Below, piece after piece: positions 48,502 to 59,411 of a stretch of 64,000 bases of DNA (position 1 is the first letter of the stretch; each line of letters starts with the position of its first letter). The stretch comes from Takakia lepidozioides. Its lineage: Eukaryota; Plantae; Bryophyta. The position numbers and the translations under genes were made by a program. The DNA lies in NCBI GenBank assembly GCA_030704615.1, contig CM060731.1, positions 86,428,001 to 86,492,000 on the forward strand, given 5' to 3'. The notes beneath the pieces are model-generated. The model had not been told where the DNA came from. It saw only the letters and a list, made by a program, of their open reading frames with translations, and ran no database searches.

Positions 48502-49216
48502 ACCTGTTGATGAAGCCTCTGAGTCTGTGTCTGACTCTGCACTAGTTGAGGGTGGAGGTGAAGGTGGTCTGAAATGAACACCTCGTCTGGTGAACCCACT
48601 CTCACTGCTACTGCCTGTAGCCGTACTCCCCTCAGAACCCTGGGTAACTCCGTGATGACACTCACAATGTGCACCTCCCCCACGTCACACTATAAGGCTC
48701 TATTACTAATTCTAATAGTGACACGGGTAGGCACCTGTTGCAGTTTAAGGATCATATCCCAGTGGCTCAGGGCACCTGCACCTGCATCCACCGCAAGAAC
48801 TCCTATGGTTGGCTGGTCATCAACCCAGTCTCACCATAGAAGAAACACTGGTGGTCTTGCTGGTCATCACTCCAGCCTCACCACCGACAACATACTCTAG
48901 GATTCACCGGTGATCAAATCCGGCCTAATCCCTATGAAAGCAAGCGCCCACACAAAACCAACATGGCACACAGTCAAGCATGCAGGTGTTGGGGGGATCC
49001 AAACACAAGAAATCAAAACATCAACACCCCCACACCAAAATCCATCTGCAGTGCTGACCTGCAGAATATCCCAGCCCAAAACCCCGGACTGACTGGCCTC
49101 CACCAAGAGAGGCTTTGGCAACTACAAGTACAAGGTAATGAAAATAGTACAGAGATGGAGGGGAAGAATAGAAGCCTGACCAAGCAAGATCTAATCCTGA
49201 TCTATGCTATCATCTG

Positions 49217-49951
49217 TTAGACTTCTCTCAAAGTGCCTCGCTCTGCTTGATGGTAAGGTGTAGGAGGTATATCTATGTCCAGAAACCTGCCACTAACCTT
49301 GTCCCAAGCTACAGTAGCTCGCTCTAACCAACCCTCCTCCTCTTTCTGCCAGGTAGAAACAAAGCAATACTCCCCTATCTCCCGCTCACTGAACAGTAAA
49401 GAAAACAAAGGTAGGGTCTGATAGTCTCTCAACTCGAAAGCTTTGAGACGGTTGCGGGTGTCCTCATTGCGAATGACTGCATCTCCTTCAAACAGAACAA
49501 ACTTGTCCTCGCTAATGAACCCCCGCTCGTGGTTGCCTTGTGCAGAGCGTGTCCGGCTGCAACGCTGTCTGATTGCACAAACTTGTGTAGCTCCTGCTCC
49601 TCTACTCCAATACACCACGGCCTTGTGGCTGAACACCTTGGTCCCCGGGGCTGTCTTTGGCTGTGTTCCAAGCCTAGCTTTCACCCACTTTGGTATTCCA
49701 CCTACATCTGCAGAACTGCTGGCTCCAACAGAGTTCTGACTGTCCAAAGCAATATTGAGGCCCTCAACGCCAACTACAGCAGTTTGTTGTCCACTGCTAA
49801 TGCCTAACTCCCAGTATGCAATCAACTCGTCCAACTGTTCTCCACTCAAATCAGTCTGAGTTCCTTGGGAAACATAAATCTTGTCCCCTTGTGTGCACAG
49901 GCTAAGAGACGAGACCTGCCCTTCAATTACGTCCTCATTTCCCCCAGCCAT
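49217..49951 (-). CDS. Unknown 244-aa ORF in the leader of the DNMT element
   Basis: ATG-started uninterrupted ORF upstream of gag in the same orientation; no motif recognised. Confidence 0.4.
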   Translation of the reverse strand: MAGGNEDVIEGQVSSLSLCTQGDKIYVSQGTQTDLSGEQLDELIAYWELGISSGQQTAVVGVEGLNIALDSQNSVGASSSADVGGIPKWVKARLGTQPKTAPGTKVFSHKAVVYWSRGAGATQVCAIRQRCSRTRSAQGNHERGFISEDKFVLFEGDAVIRNEDTRNRLKAFELRDYQTLPLFSLLFSEREIGEYCFVSTWQKEEEGWLERATVAWDKVSGRFLDIDIPPTPYHQAERGTLREV

Positions 49952-51517
49952 ACAAGGAGGACATCCACAGATTTGTCTCTCATATAGACCAGAACAGGTT
50001 CCAGAAACATAATTGTGGATCTTTCACGGCACACTCACACTCTAAAAATTCCATAGATTTTTAGGAGAGTCCCAAAAACAAAAAAACCAGGTCTAGATAG
50101 GTAGATTTCCCCTTTCTGCAGCTATCCCCCCAAAAACTGAGTCAAACGGAGCTCATTTGACAAAGATATGACCAACCAGGCTCTTTAAACATAACACATT
50201 TTTCTTTTCTTTTTTTTCTTTTTTTAATACTTGTCTTGGTTCCCTGTTCCCTGGTTATCTACGGGTTCCTGAGGCCGTTCCCCGACTATGCTGACTCCAG
50301 GGCTTTGATCCTTCGCGCTTGAACCAAGTAGCTCCCTGACCCACGCTCGTATCACCAGTACACACCCCTGCTCAACAGGCTTAGCACCCCATAGGCTTCC
50401 CTCAACCTCTACACTTTAGTGAAACAGGATACGACCAGGGTGAGCAACAAAGACGAAGGCTCTGCTCAGTTGAACCCAATCGAAGGGGACAAAGGAGTCA
50501 GCGACATGCACATCCCTGACGAGCAACACTTCGCTGACGACCAGGCACTCCAAACCAAGTCTGCATGAGACCAGATGGTGACCACCAACGATCGCCCCAG
50601 GAAATGCAATCAATTGGAAGTCCCTATATCACCATTGTTTCCAAGTTTTGCCTGTGAAGAAGACCAGGCCGCGTCTTCCAGAGAGACAAAAGGCGAGACA
50701 GTGGGGTCAGAACAAGCCGCCCTTGAATCCTGGCTGGTCAGATCGAGAGAGGGACAATCACCGACTTGCAGGCACATACTTCGCCACCTTCATTTTTATA
50801 TTTGAGAAGCAAACTCCTGGTAGCACACCCGTGACCGCCGGGACAGGAACCCGAGACGCACACTCCAGTCTCCCACAGATGAGGAGCGACCACGGAATCC
50901 AGAGTATGCGCAAGTCTGGCAGATATTAGGTAGAGCATTCACTCCACCAGGCTGCGATTTGCACTTTATTAGCAAATCTCCTTAAACCTTCTTAGTCTTT
51001 CACTTGCGTTGGAAGCCATCGCCATCTCTTCGCTAAACCTTCGCATCTGTAGAGCTTGCCACACTCTCCTTCCCCCACGAACGAACATCAGCCAATCCTC
51101 GAAGGCACTAGCTCTCAGCCCCCACTGCAATTGTAGATGGGCTACCAGGTGCTCCAACAGCATGCGCTGGACATGGAACCAGCTTCAAAAGGGCATGAAC
51201 GTCGACCCCGAATCGGGCAGTCGAGCTGCTGAACCCGACCACTGACGGGATTGCGCTGCTCAAGGACAACAGGGCCTTTGTTATGGAGATGGCTTCCGGG
51301 ATCAGGCTGCAAGGTAAGATTGAAAAGGCCTTTGACGTGCTGGCATCCCCGGACTACCTCTCTCCGCTGTACCAAAGCAATGCACCGCGACCCAGCCAGG
51401 CAGCAAGCTCCTCTTCCCACTCCTCCTTACTTTCTCACATGCAAGTTGAAGCACTACCCCAATTTTCAAGCTGAAGAATGAACGCTCAGCATTTGCAGAG
51501 AGCAGGCACTGGGCAGC

Positions 51518-51646
51518 ATTGCCACGACCTTGGGCGCCCTTGAAGGTGCCGGGTTCCTTAGGCTTCACCTTAAACTTTGCCTTAGTGGAAGTGGCATTAG
51601 CCGCCTTCAACACGTCTTTCAACGTCCCGCCAAACTGCGCCAACAA
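51518..51646 (-). pseudogene. Chromovirus gag N-terminal stub
   Basis: KVKPKEPGTFKGAQGRGN joins RKALNTWL at 39661 across the CAAT inversion breakpoint. Confidence 0.75.
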
Positions 51647-51676
51647 CCCCTGCCCTCAAGGCAAAGGGCCGCGACA

Positions 51677-52050
51677 AAGGCCCACAATCCCCGCACTGAG
51701 GTTGAAGCCTATCGATTGGCTTGCAATTTTGAGTGTGAGATCAAGGCACGGCGGGTGGCTTACTCCGCTCTTGCATGGGAGAATAAAAAGTAGATGACAT
51801 TTTTTCCCAAAATCACCCTAGCAAGGAAGGGAAATTGGAAGAGGTTCAAACCTTACAAGAAGAATGACAATCAGGGAAGCCAGAGAACAACAATTGGTAA
51901 TCCACCGCGCCTAAGTCTCAGGGAATAGGAAGAACATCTCAGAAAGGGACTCTGCTTTAATTGTCATAAGCCCAGCCATCGATTTGCAGATTGTCCTGAA
52001 CGCCGGTTCCGACAGACTACAGCCTTGGTGATGGAAGAACCAGTGGAGCC
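51677..52050 (+). mobile_element. Outer Gypsy gag C-terminal part with zinc knuckle
   Basis: Removing the insertion restores KVKA-HNPRTEVEAY; LCFNCHKPSHRFADCP at about 51950-51997. Confidence 0.8.
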
Positions 52051-52290
52051 TGTAACTATAACATATCTCCGAAATTGTATAGGATTTGCCACTGGAAAAG
52101 GTCCCAACATGAGGGTATCAGTTGCAGTTGTCGATGACAGAGTGGCCTACAATCTGTCAACTTCAATTGGCACAACAGACAGATGTCGTTGTGTAGTCTC
52201 AACTCCGCCATTTGGTAGTAAAATATGAGATGATTGTACCTCTTCTTGAGACAACCCCAAGTTGTCAGCAAATGATTTTGACGAGATATA

Positions 52291-53280
52291 GCAGGGGAGA
52301 CCTCCCGTGCTACAACTGAAATCAATAGCACAATCGCAAAAATACAATTTAGAACGTCAGCGTCATAAGGCGCCACTGTTAAAATCGGAGTAGTGAACGA
52401 CATTCCACAAGGGAAGATATGAAGGTTTTGGACCAGACAAAATCGTCATCATCTTCAGAAAATGAAAACAATTGCGAATCTGAGCGCTAAGAAAAATATA
52501 ATAATCATGATCGGAAATAGTCAAGTCACTGAAGCACGGGACATCTCCCGAGCACTATGTGTAAGGGAGAAAACCATCAACCACCATGGGAAATCGGCCA
52601 TCTGACATACGAAATGCGTGGAACCGTCGGACGGAAACAAAGTAAAATGTACGACCATTCACATCCACTGACCATTCAAAAAGTCAAAATTTTGGAGATC
52701 AGAACAAAAGCTATTTGTCCGCAGATTAAAAAAGAATCCAGTAAGTAATATTAAAAAACAATGAGACATACCACGGGAGACCTCCAGTGTTACACCTGAA
52801 ATGAATAACAACATCGCGAGGATACAATTTACAATGTCAGATTAAGAAGGGGCCACCGTTGAAATAGATATATAAAAGGACATTCCGCTGGGGAAGAAAA
52901 TATGATATTCGGACCCCGACATATCCTTATCAGATATCGAACCAAATTGGGACTCATAACTATATTATTCAATGAGCGCTATGGTGAATGAGAATATTAA
53001 TCAGTCTGCAATAGTCAAGTATCTGTAGCACGGGAGATCTCTCGTGCTATGTGCGTAAAATACAATCAACCAGAACTAAACTTTACTGAGATGCAGGCAG
53101 TCAGGGTTCAAATCGCTAGAGATATAGATGTTCAGAAATTGAAAGGTTCAAATGGTCGACACAGAGAATTCAAGGTCAACTTCTGATTGTCAAAAGAGCT
53201 CCCATAAAATCCTAGCAATCACCAGTAAGATCAACATTAATACATATTGTCATCAAATTAGCACGGGAGATCTCCCGTGC
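52291..53280. repeat. Five copies of the 20-bp palindrome GCACGGGAGATCTCCCGTGC at about 240-bp spacing
   Basis: Copies at 52291, 52534, 52771, 53028 and 53261; alternate copies share flanks; a variant lies at 54068. Confidence 0.85.
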
Positions 53281-53297
53281 ACCTCTCTACACTGTGC

Positions 53298-54340
53298 TTA
53301 ATCAGACTCACTTTGATCGTTCGCAACATATAGATTTGCTTTCGCTTTAACTGCTTCGGCCTTTCCAATACGTCTAGAGCTCCACTTGGAGGTGTTCTTC
53401 CAAGGTCGCATTGTCCACAACACACAGTTCGTACATCCACTTTGGTGGATCAGATTCATTGAACTCCCAAGCTTTGTCCCAACAGTTTCTATACATGTCC
53501 ACGTCCTCCGCTGCAGCACCTTTAGGCTCCACCACTCCAGAAGAACTTGCCGATATCTCTCATCTGAACGGTCACGAAGAACATCTGAGATTGCCACACC
53601 AATCCAAACTGGATATGTCTCTGTGTTTGGTGGTCGAACAAGTACGAAGTTTCCAATTTCAATATTTTTGAATGGGTTCATCGGCTCTTTAGGTCTCTGA
53701 TTCGTTGGCCCACAATAGGGATCCAGCTGGTTGTGATCTTCCTCCTCTGACTCCTCCTGACTCTCATATTCAACCCTAATCTCATCTATGTCATGGTTAT
53801 CTTTCCACAGAGTCGAAGGCCAAAACCCCTCCTCCAGCTTGTTCTTTGGCTCAGGCAATGGCTTACCAAGTTCAAGTAGAACATCCTTCCAATACTCATC
53901 ATAGTTCTTCATGATATTTTCATAGTTCTTGTCGAGATCCATCCCAAGTCTCCAGAATTCGCGGTACTTCGAAAGGCCATTTACAATACTGGCATTTTTT
54001 TCCCTGGCGTATGGCTTTATTCCCCAAATAGGCTGCAGTGGAACAGGTTCCGGGACCCCCTGGGGTAGCAGGGGAGACCTCCCGTCCTCAGCAACCTTCC
54101 ACATTTCGACTGCACCCTGCTTCGGAAACCAGTCAACGTTGGTTGCCGATTTCTTATACTTCATTACAGGCCAACCATCACAATCCACATAGAACTTGAA
54201 GATGTGCATATCACTCATCCCGATTAGTGCATCACTCCCATCAATAATATATCCAGCCACAAACTTCTTGGAGTCTGCGACCTCCTATATCAATTGAGGG
54301 ATATACAGTAATTCTATAGCCTACATGAATCAAGCATCAA
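53298..54340 (-). pseudogene. C-terminal part of a DUF7869/Sola-like transposase-associated protein
   Basis: IPQLI*EVADSKKFVAGY...LIGMSDMHIFKFYVDCDGWPVMKYK...EGFWP...GNFVLVRP..YPVWIG resembles bryophyte DUF7869 proteins as recalled. Catalytic N-terminal part absent. Confidence 0.55.
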
Positions 54341-54592
54341 CAGTTCGTGTCTCCTCCTTCACTGCGCTCTCCATTCCTCAGCTCCCGATTGTTCTCTCTC
54401 CCTGAAGGCCAAGTCGTGATGCAAGAAGTGTCCATTGCTACTCTGTCTTTTCTACCTACAAGCTGTTCTAATTGCCTAACTAACCAACTGTCATCCAGAC
54501 AGAATACACGTTCTCTCTGCCGATGTCGTTCCCACACAGTCGTACCCTGCCATGGTAACCGTTCCCTACGAATGATGTGACGGGGGGTGCCC

Positions 54593-54780
54593 AACTGTGT
54601 CGGCTGTGACTGGTTGTGTCGGACTGTGCCGGGCTGTGACTGGCTATGTCGGGCCGTGTCAGGCTGTGACTGGCTGTGTAAAGCTGTGTCGGGCTGTGGC
54701 TAACTGTGTCGGGTTGTGACAGACTGTGTCGGGCTGTGACAGACTGTGATAGGCTGTGTAAGACTACGACTGACTGTGTA
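54593..54780 (+). repeat. Degenerate 10-bp tandem repeat (GGCTGTGACT / GGCTGTGTCG)
   Basis: Direct reading of about 18 units. Confidence 0.9.
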
Positions 54781-54933
54781 AGCCCGTCTACCACCCCTAA
54801 GGCTTGTGTTGGTCTAGATCTACCATCCGTAAGTTTGCGCAAAAATTAAGGGTACCCCACAGAACCCATAAAACTGTCCAAGTCCCAGACAACCCTCTAA
54901 CATTACCCCTCCCCCTCTCAAAAAGCCGTGTCC

Positions 54934-56005
54934 TCACGGTTTACTGTTTAGGATCAGCAAACCTCTGTGAACGAGCACCCTTCTGTCGGTGAGAGTCCCT
55001 TGGAGGGCTCTGTGTACGAGCCTGAGCCCTGTCACTGGCTGGTGGAGATGACTGGTCACCAAATGGAAATGTCTGACCTTCCTGTGGTTGATAAAGAGGT
55101 AACTTCTTTGGCATAAGAGATCCCCGTCGTTTCTTCTCTGCCATCTGTAGTGCATAGTCCTCCGCCATGTCAAAAGGTTCCTCCATAGAACCAGTTGTAT
55201 CCGAATCATCGTCCCCCCTGTTGCCTTTCGGTGCTCTGATCTTATGGGGCTTCTCGGAATCCTGCGTGGCACACAGTGTTTGCCCACCATGTCTGGAAGC
55301 TTAAACTTTAGAACTTGCATCAATCTCTTGCGAGCAAAATTAGTATACTCCTAGAGCTCCTTGTCCGTATAGGTGAGAGGTGTGCCAATGACCTTAGAAC
55401 AGTGTAAGTATTTCCAGGCTTTATGTCCCTTATAAAAAATATCGTCAAAGCCAAATTTTTCTTTGGCCAAATTGTCCAAAGCAAAATGGAACCAAGAACA
55501 AAGCTGGGGGGTCCTTCTGCAGCATGACCTTCACATCATACAGATACGTATGGGGTGGAACTGAAGGTAAGATCCAATGATCCCCAGTGGAATAACTCTA
55601 AAATCTGGACTGTATCTTCTGCTGCTCAATGTGATAACGTGCAATGAAACAAGCAGCATAGTATAATCCACAGCCCATGACCAAACTAGGTACCTCCTTG
55701 GTCTTGGTGTAGATGTATCCATGAACAATCTAGAAGGTAATTAATTCCTTCAGCATGGTGCCTGCCTCATACCAGTACCTCGCAAAATGGTGATCCTCAA
55801 TGGGTCGGTTATTCGGAAGAACCTTAGTCCAAGTTGCCATCGGCAACCAAATGCGCATGATCTGGTAATAGTGTGCCAAAGACTCTGGAGGACTGAATTC
55901 CTTCCATGCCAAATCCATCACAATGAGAATTTGGTTGAAGGGCATAATCATAGCCCAATTGTACTCAAGTGCAGCAGGAGTCCTAGGTAGGTTATCTATC
56001 CTCAT
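54934..56005 (-). pseudogene. Unknown degenerate ORF, probably TE-derived
   Basis: ORFs 55730-56005 and 54934-55323 appear linked by a long reading frame with a few stops; no motif recognised. Confidence 0.35.
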
Positions 56006-56360
56006 GTGGGCTGAACAGGATGCCGCGACTTATGTGTTGCTCTCAAACATCTATGCTGCAGTTGGCAGGTGGGATGATACTGCAAAGGTGAGAAGAATGA
56101 TGAAGGTCAAAGGGGTTAGAAACAAGCCAAATCGCTGCTGCATTGAGGTTGGCAACAGGGTGCACACCTTTGTTGTAGATGACAAGTTGCATCCCAGAAT
56201 TAAGGAAATTCATGTTGAGTTGAGAAGATTGTCTGGGAAGATGAAGGAGGCGGGGTATGTGCCTGACATGCGCTTTGTATTGCATGATGTGGGGGAGGAG
56301 GAAAAGGAATTTTCTCTTTGCCACCACAGTGAGAAGCTGGCCATTGGTTTTGGCATATCC
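56003..56360 (+). pseudogene. PPR E2/E+/partial DYW fragment, close paralogue of 4250-4550
   Basis: ATYVLLSNIYAAVGRWDD...MKEAGYVPD...HHSEKLAIGFG, then truncated. Confidence 0.88.
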
Positions 56361-57242
56361 ACGGGAAATGATAGTGGGGTCTACCCAGCATAGGTGGGAG
56401 CCCATAATTGCACTTGACTAAAGGGGTGATATTGGACTGATTTTGGAGACAGTGGATGGAATCAAAGTGATGTCCTAATTCTAGGTTTGGGTGGTATGGC
56501 TGAACGAGATGTGGTGTCGTGTTTGCTGCATGAATTCTAGGCTGTCATTGTCAGTTGCTAGCAACAAGGCAAGGATGTATGCATGATTTGTGCAGAGGTA
56601 TGGATAGCTGAAGGAGCAGGGATGGAGTGTGGGTCCAGATTCATCCAAGAGGGCCGGATTTCAAGCTTCAGATCACCTATGACTCCACGTGGAAGGGTAG
56701 CTACAAGAAACCTGCATGGGTAGATGGTCAACTGGAAGCCGCTACAGCATCGGCACGATTGATAAAATTTGCTCATGAAGGCACCTTCTTCAACACGTTT
56801 CACCCTGTTTTTCCCTCTTATTAGGATCGACCCTAAATGTTGAATTCTGCAAGTTAGCTGGTTGAGTGAACCTTAAATAGTTTGGAGTAACTTTGATATG
56901 ATACTGCCAATGTGACAACAGGATAAGTATCCAGAAACAGGTAACAGAGACGAGGAGAAGCTGTGGAATGAATACTTTTCTGACCCAGTCAACGGTGGGA
57001 CAATCGAGCAAAAATGTGAATGCCTGTTGGATTACAAAGAGTAGCAGATGCAATTGAGCATAGGAACTAGAGTGATAAGTTGAGTTAGGTGTTTCCTAGA
57101 ACAGATGTAGGCTGTCATTGTTAGCTGCTAGCAGCAAGACAAGGATGTATGCATGATTTGTGCAGAGGCATGGATAGCTGAGGGAGCAGGGATAGAGTGT
57201 GGGTCCAGATTCATCCAAGAGGGCCGCATTTCAAGCTCCACA

Positions 57243-58800
57243 CTAGAAAATCAAAGTCCGCGCATGCAAATAAGCAGCCACCAGCTGTTCCTCAGGGACG
57301 AAGGCTCTTTTGTCAATGTTGGAGCTCAAGTCATCCACTTGAGTTTGCAGCCCTTCCACATCATCCTGCAACTCAGCTATTCTACTATAGACATTGTCTA
57401 TAGTGGTTGTGGCAATGTTTTGCACCTACAGCCGGTCCTTGTGTTAACCACTCTTGCAAAAGGTGATTATCCACCAAGTCTTGTGTAGCACCCCGAAGAG
57501 CCTGCTCCTCCTTGAGTCTGTACATGTCTAACTGGTGCTGTAAAGCCTCCATGCGCTTTGCATGAGGTTCAACTAGGGCGGCAAAGGCAGCAGTCAGATT
57601 ATTGGCTTCCTTCCAAGCCTTGGTAGTCACAGAAAGCTCATTCTTCGTGATGTGAGTGTTTGCTGCAACTCCAGGATGTACCTGTTCTTCTCAGCCTCAA
57701 TCCGACTTGTTGAAAAGTATCCTCATTGCGACGGATAGTAGCGTTCAAGTCAGCAATGAGTTTTGCCTGTTGAACTGACTTAGCCTCCAGCCTCAAACAT
57801 CTCTCTGTTTGTTTGTTAACTTCTAATGCAGTTTGCTCCAGAGCAGTTGTTAGTGTGGCACATTGGATGGTCATTTTCTGATGTACTGCCTCCAACTCTG
57901 TATGAAGAAACTTTGCTTCCCGCAATTTACCCTCATGCTTCACTTGCAACTGGTATAACTGTTGCTTGTGCACTTCATGCAACTTCTCCTGCTTCAATCA
58001 GATTTTCCTTTGCAAGTTGTAGAGCAGATTGAGTGTCCTCCAACTCTTTCTGCAACTTATGGTTGGCCTCCACATCCACCTTATTTGCACACTCAGTGGA
58101 AATTCTTCCCTCAAACTCTTGCTTGAGCTCCTCCCTCAATGCTGCCAATTGTGTGGAAGGAACATGGGATTTCACATAAGTGCCCAACAAATTAAGCGTC
58201 CTGCTTATGGAACTCATAAGCATGGCCTGCTGTGGGTCTTCATGGAGAACTTGCTATTGTTCTCCCTGATCCTCCACAGTTTGATGTTTCACAAACCAGT
58301 CCGGCCATGATCCTACAAGATCTTCTCCCTGAGCAACCTGATCCTCCACAGGTGCTGCAGTGCCCTTGCACTCTACCCCTTGAACCTCCTCCACAGGTTG
58401 GGCATGACTTGCACAACAAGAATTTCCTTGGTCAGACTCTGGATCTTTGGTGCTACTGGTTCTCCGACCATGCCAGAGTTTTCATAGAGAAGGTCACCCT
58501 TCTCAATTTCTGCCACTACCTGCTCTGTAGTGGGAATGTCCAACCCTTCTCCTTCCACAACAATAGGCTCTGGTGTAACAGTATGTACTATCTGAGTTAC
58601 CCCTGGGGCAACTGAGTCACCTGGCTGTGGTGGCTGTGGTACTGAGGTGACTTCTTCCTCCCTCTCCAAAGGCCATGCTTCCAGCAATAACAGCCCCTTG
58701 TGCTGTTGTTCCTCATCCTGCACAAGAGCTATGGAAACATCATCTTGCGGTTTCCTTGAAGCTAGTGGATCTGCCACTACAGTCACATCCCGCTTCTGTC
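57243..58800 (-). pseudogene. Broken acidic/coiled-coil ORF of unknown function, probably TE cargo
   Basis: Consecutive minus-strand ORFs rich in E/Q/L/K heptads (57243-58223) and an acidic Pro-rich part (58373-58837). Confidence 0.4.
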
Positions 58801-59380
58801 TCTTGGACTGACCCTCCGGGTCCGGCTGTACCGCCACGGTTTGCTTGTCTTTGTGTCCTTCGACATACTAGAGTGGGGCACATAGTTGTAGAGGACATCG
58901 TAGGTAACAGGGTCCACAGCGGCATCAACAAGACGACCGTCGTTGCGGAATTTGAACGTAGACCCTCTCTTCACAAAACAATATGCCTCAAACACCAATG
59001 TCTGCACATCCAACAGAAGAGGGATCAACTCTAGGGTCTAGTTCAGATACACCACAATATGAAGTGAATGCAATAGATTGATAACTTACACTCTGGCCCT
59101 CTGTTCGCAACCCCTATGTATTGATGCAGAACCATTTTTTGAGGAGGACCGGGGTGACACTTTTTGGTGTCCACCTTGCCACAACATTCTCTATGGTCTT
59201 CCCTCTTGTGGCAAGGACCATAATACATCCACCGTCATCCAGGAGCATCCCCGCCAGCCCAAACCTGGCTCTCCAGTAGTCCTCAGTAAACCTGTTCCAG
59301 GTGGGCACACCATCCAGGCCCTCGAGCAGCTCCCCATCTGGAATATCGAGGAGAATCATATCGCAGGCTCTCTCCACCTC

Positions 59381-59411
<31 letters not shown>

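Larger units (their letters stand above)
41463..51517 (-). mobile_element. Body and 3' end of a Gypsy-type retrotransposon: gag-PR-DNMT-RT(deleted)-INT-PHD with permuted terminal repeats
   Basis: 3' end reads PPT(AGGGGGG)-A'(41994-41908)-GC-B'(41905-41549)-A'(41549-41463); TSD AGGA relative to the host RT. Confidence 0.9.
34440..51676 (-). mobile_element. Chromovirus (Ty3/Gypsy with chromodomain), containing a nested DNMT element and an internal inversion
   Basis: Termini TGTCGCG...CGCGACA; TSD AAGGC at 34435-34439 and 51677-51681. 3' LTR at 34440-35165; 5' LTR reduced to about 30 bp (51647-51676). Confidence 0.9.

Noticed and set aside
56538-57238. About 130-bp direct repeat (56538 and 57108), and a 60-bp repeat at 3913 and 4012, as LTR pairs
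   Set aside because: No TG...CA termini, PBS/PPT or TSD; these look like local duplications.
59383-59411. Long poly-C/G runs (also near 10343, 13500, 17338, 17814) as functional G-quadruplexes
   Set aside because: Most fall in Pro/Gly codon tracts and coincide with frameshifts; slippage or homopolymer error is more likely.
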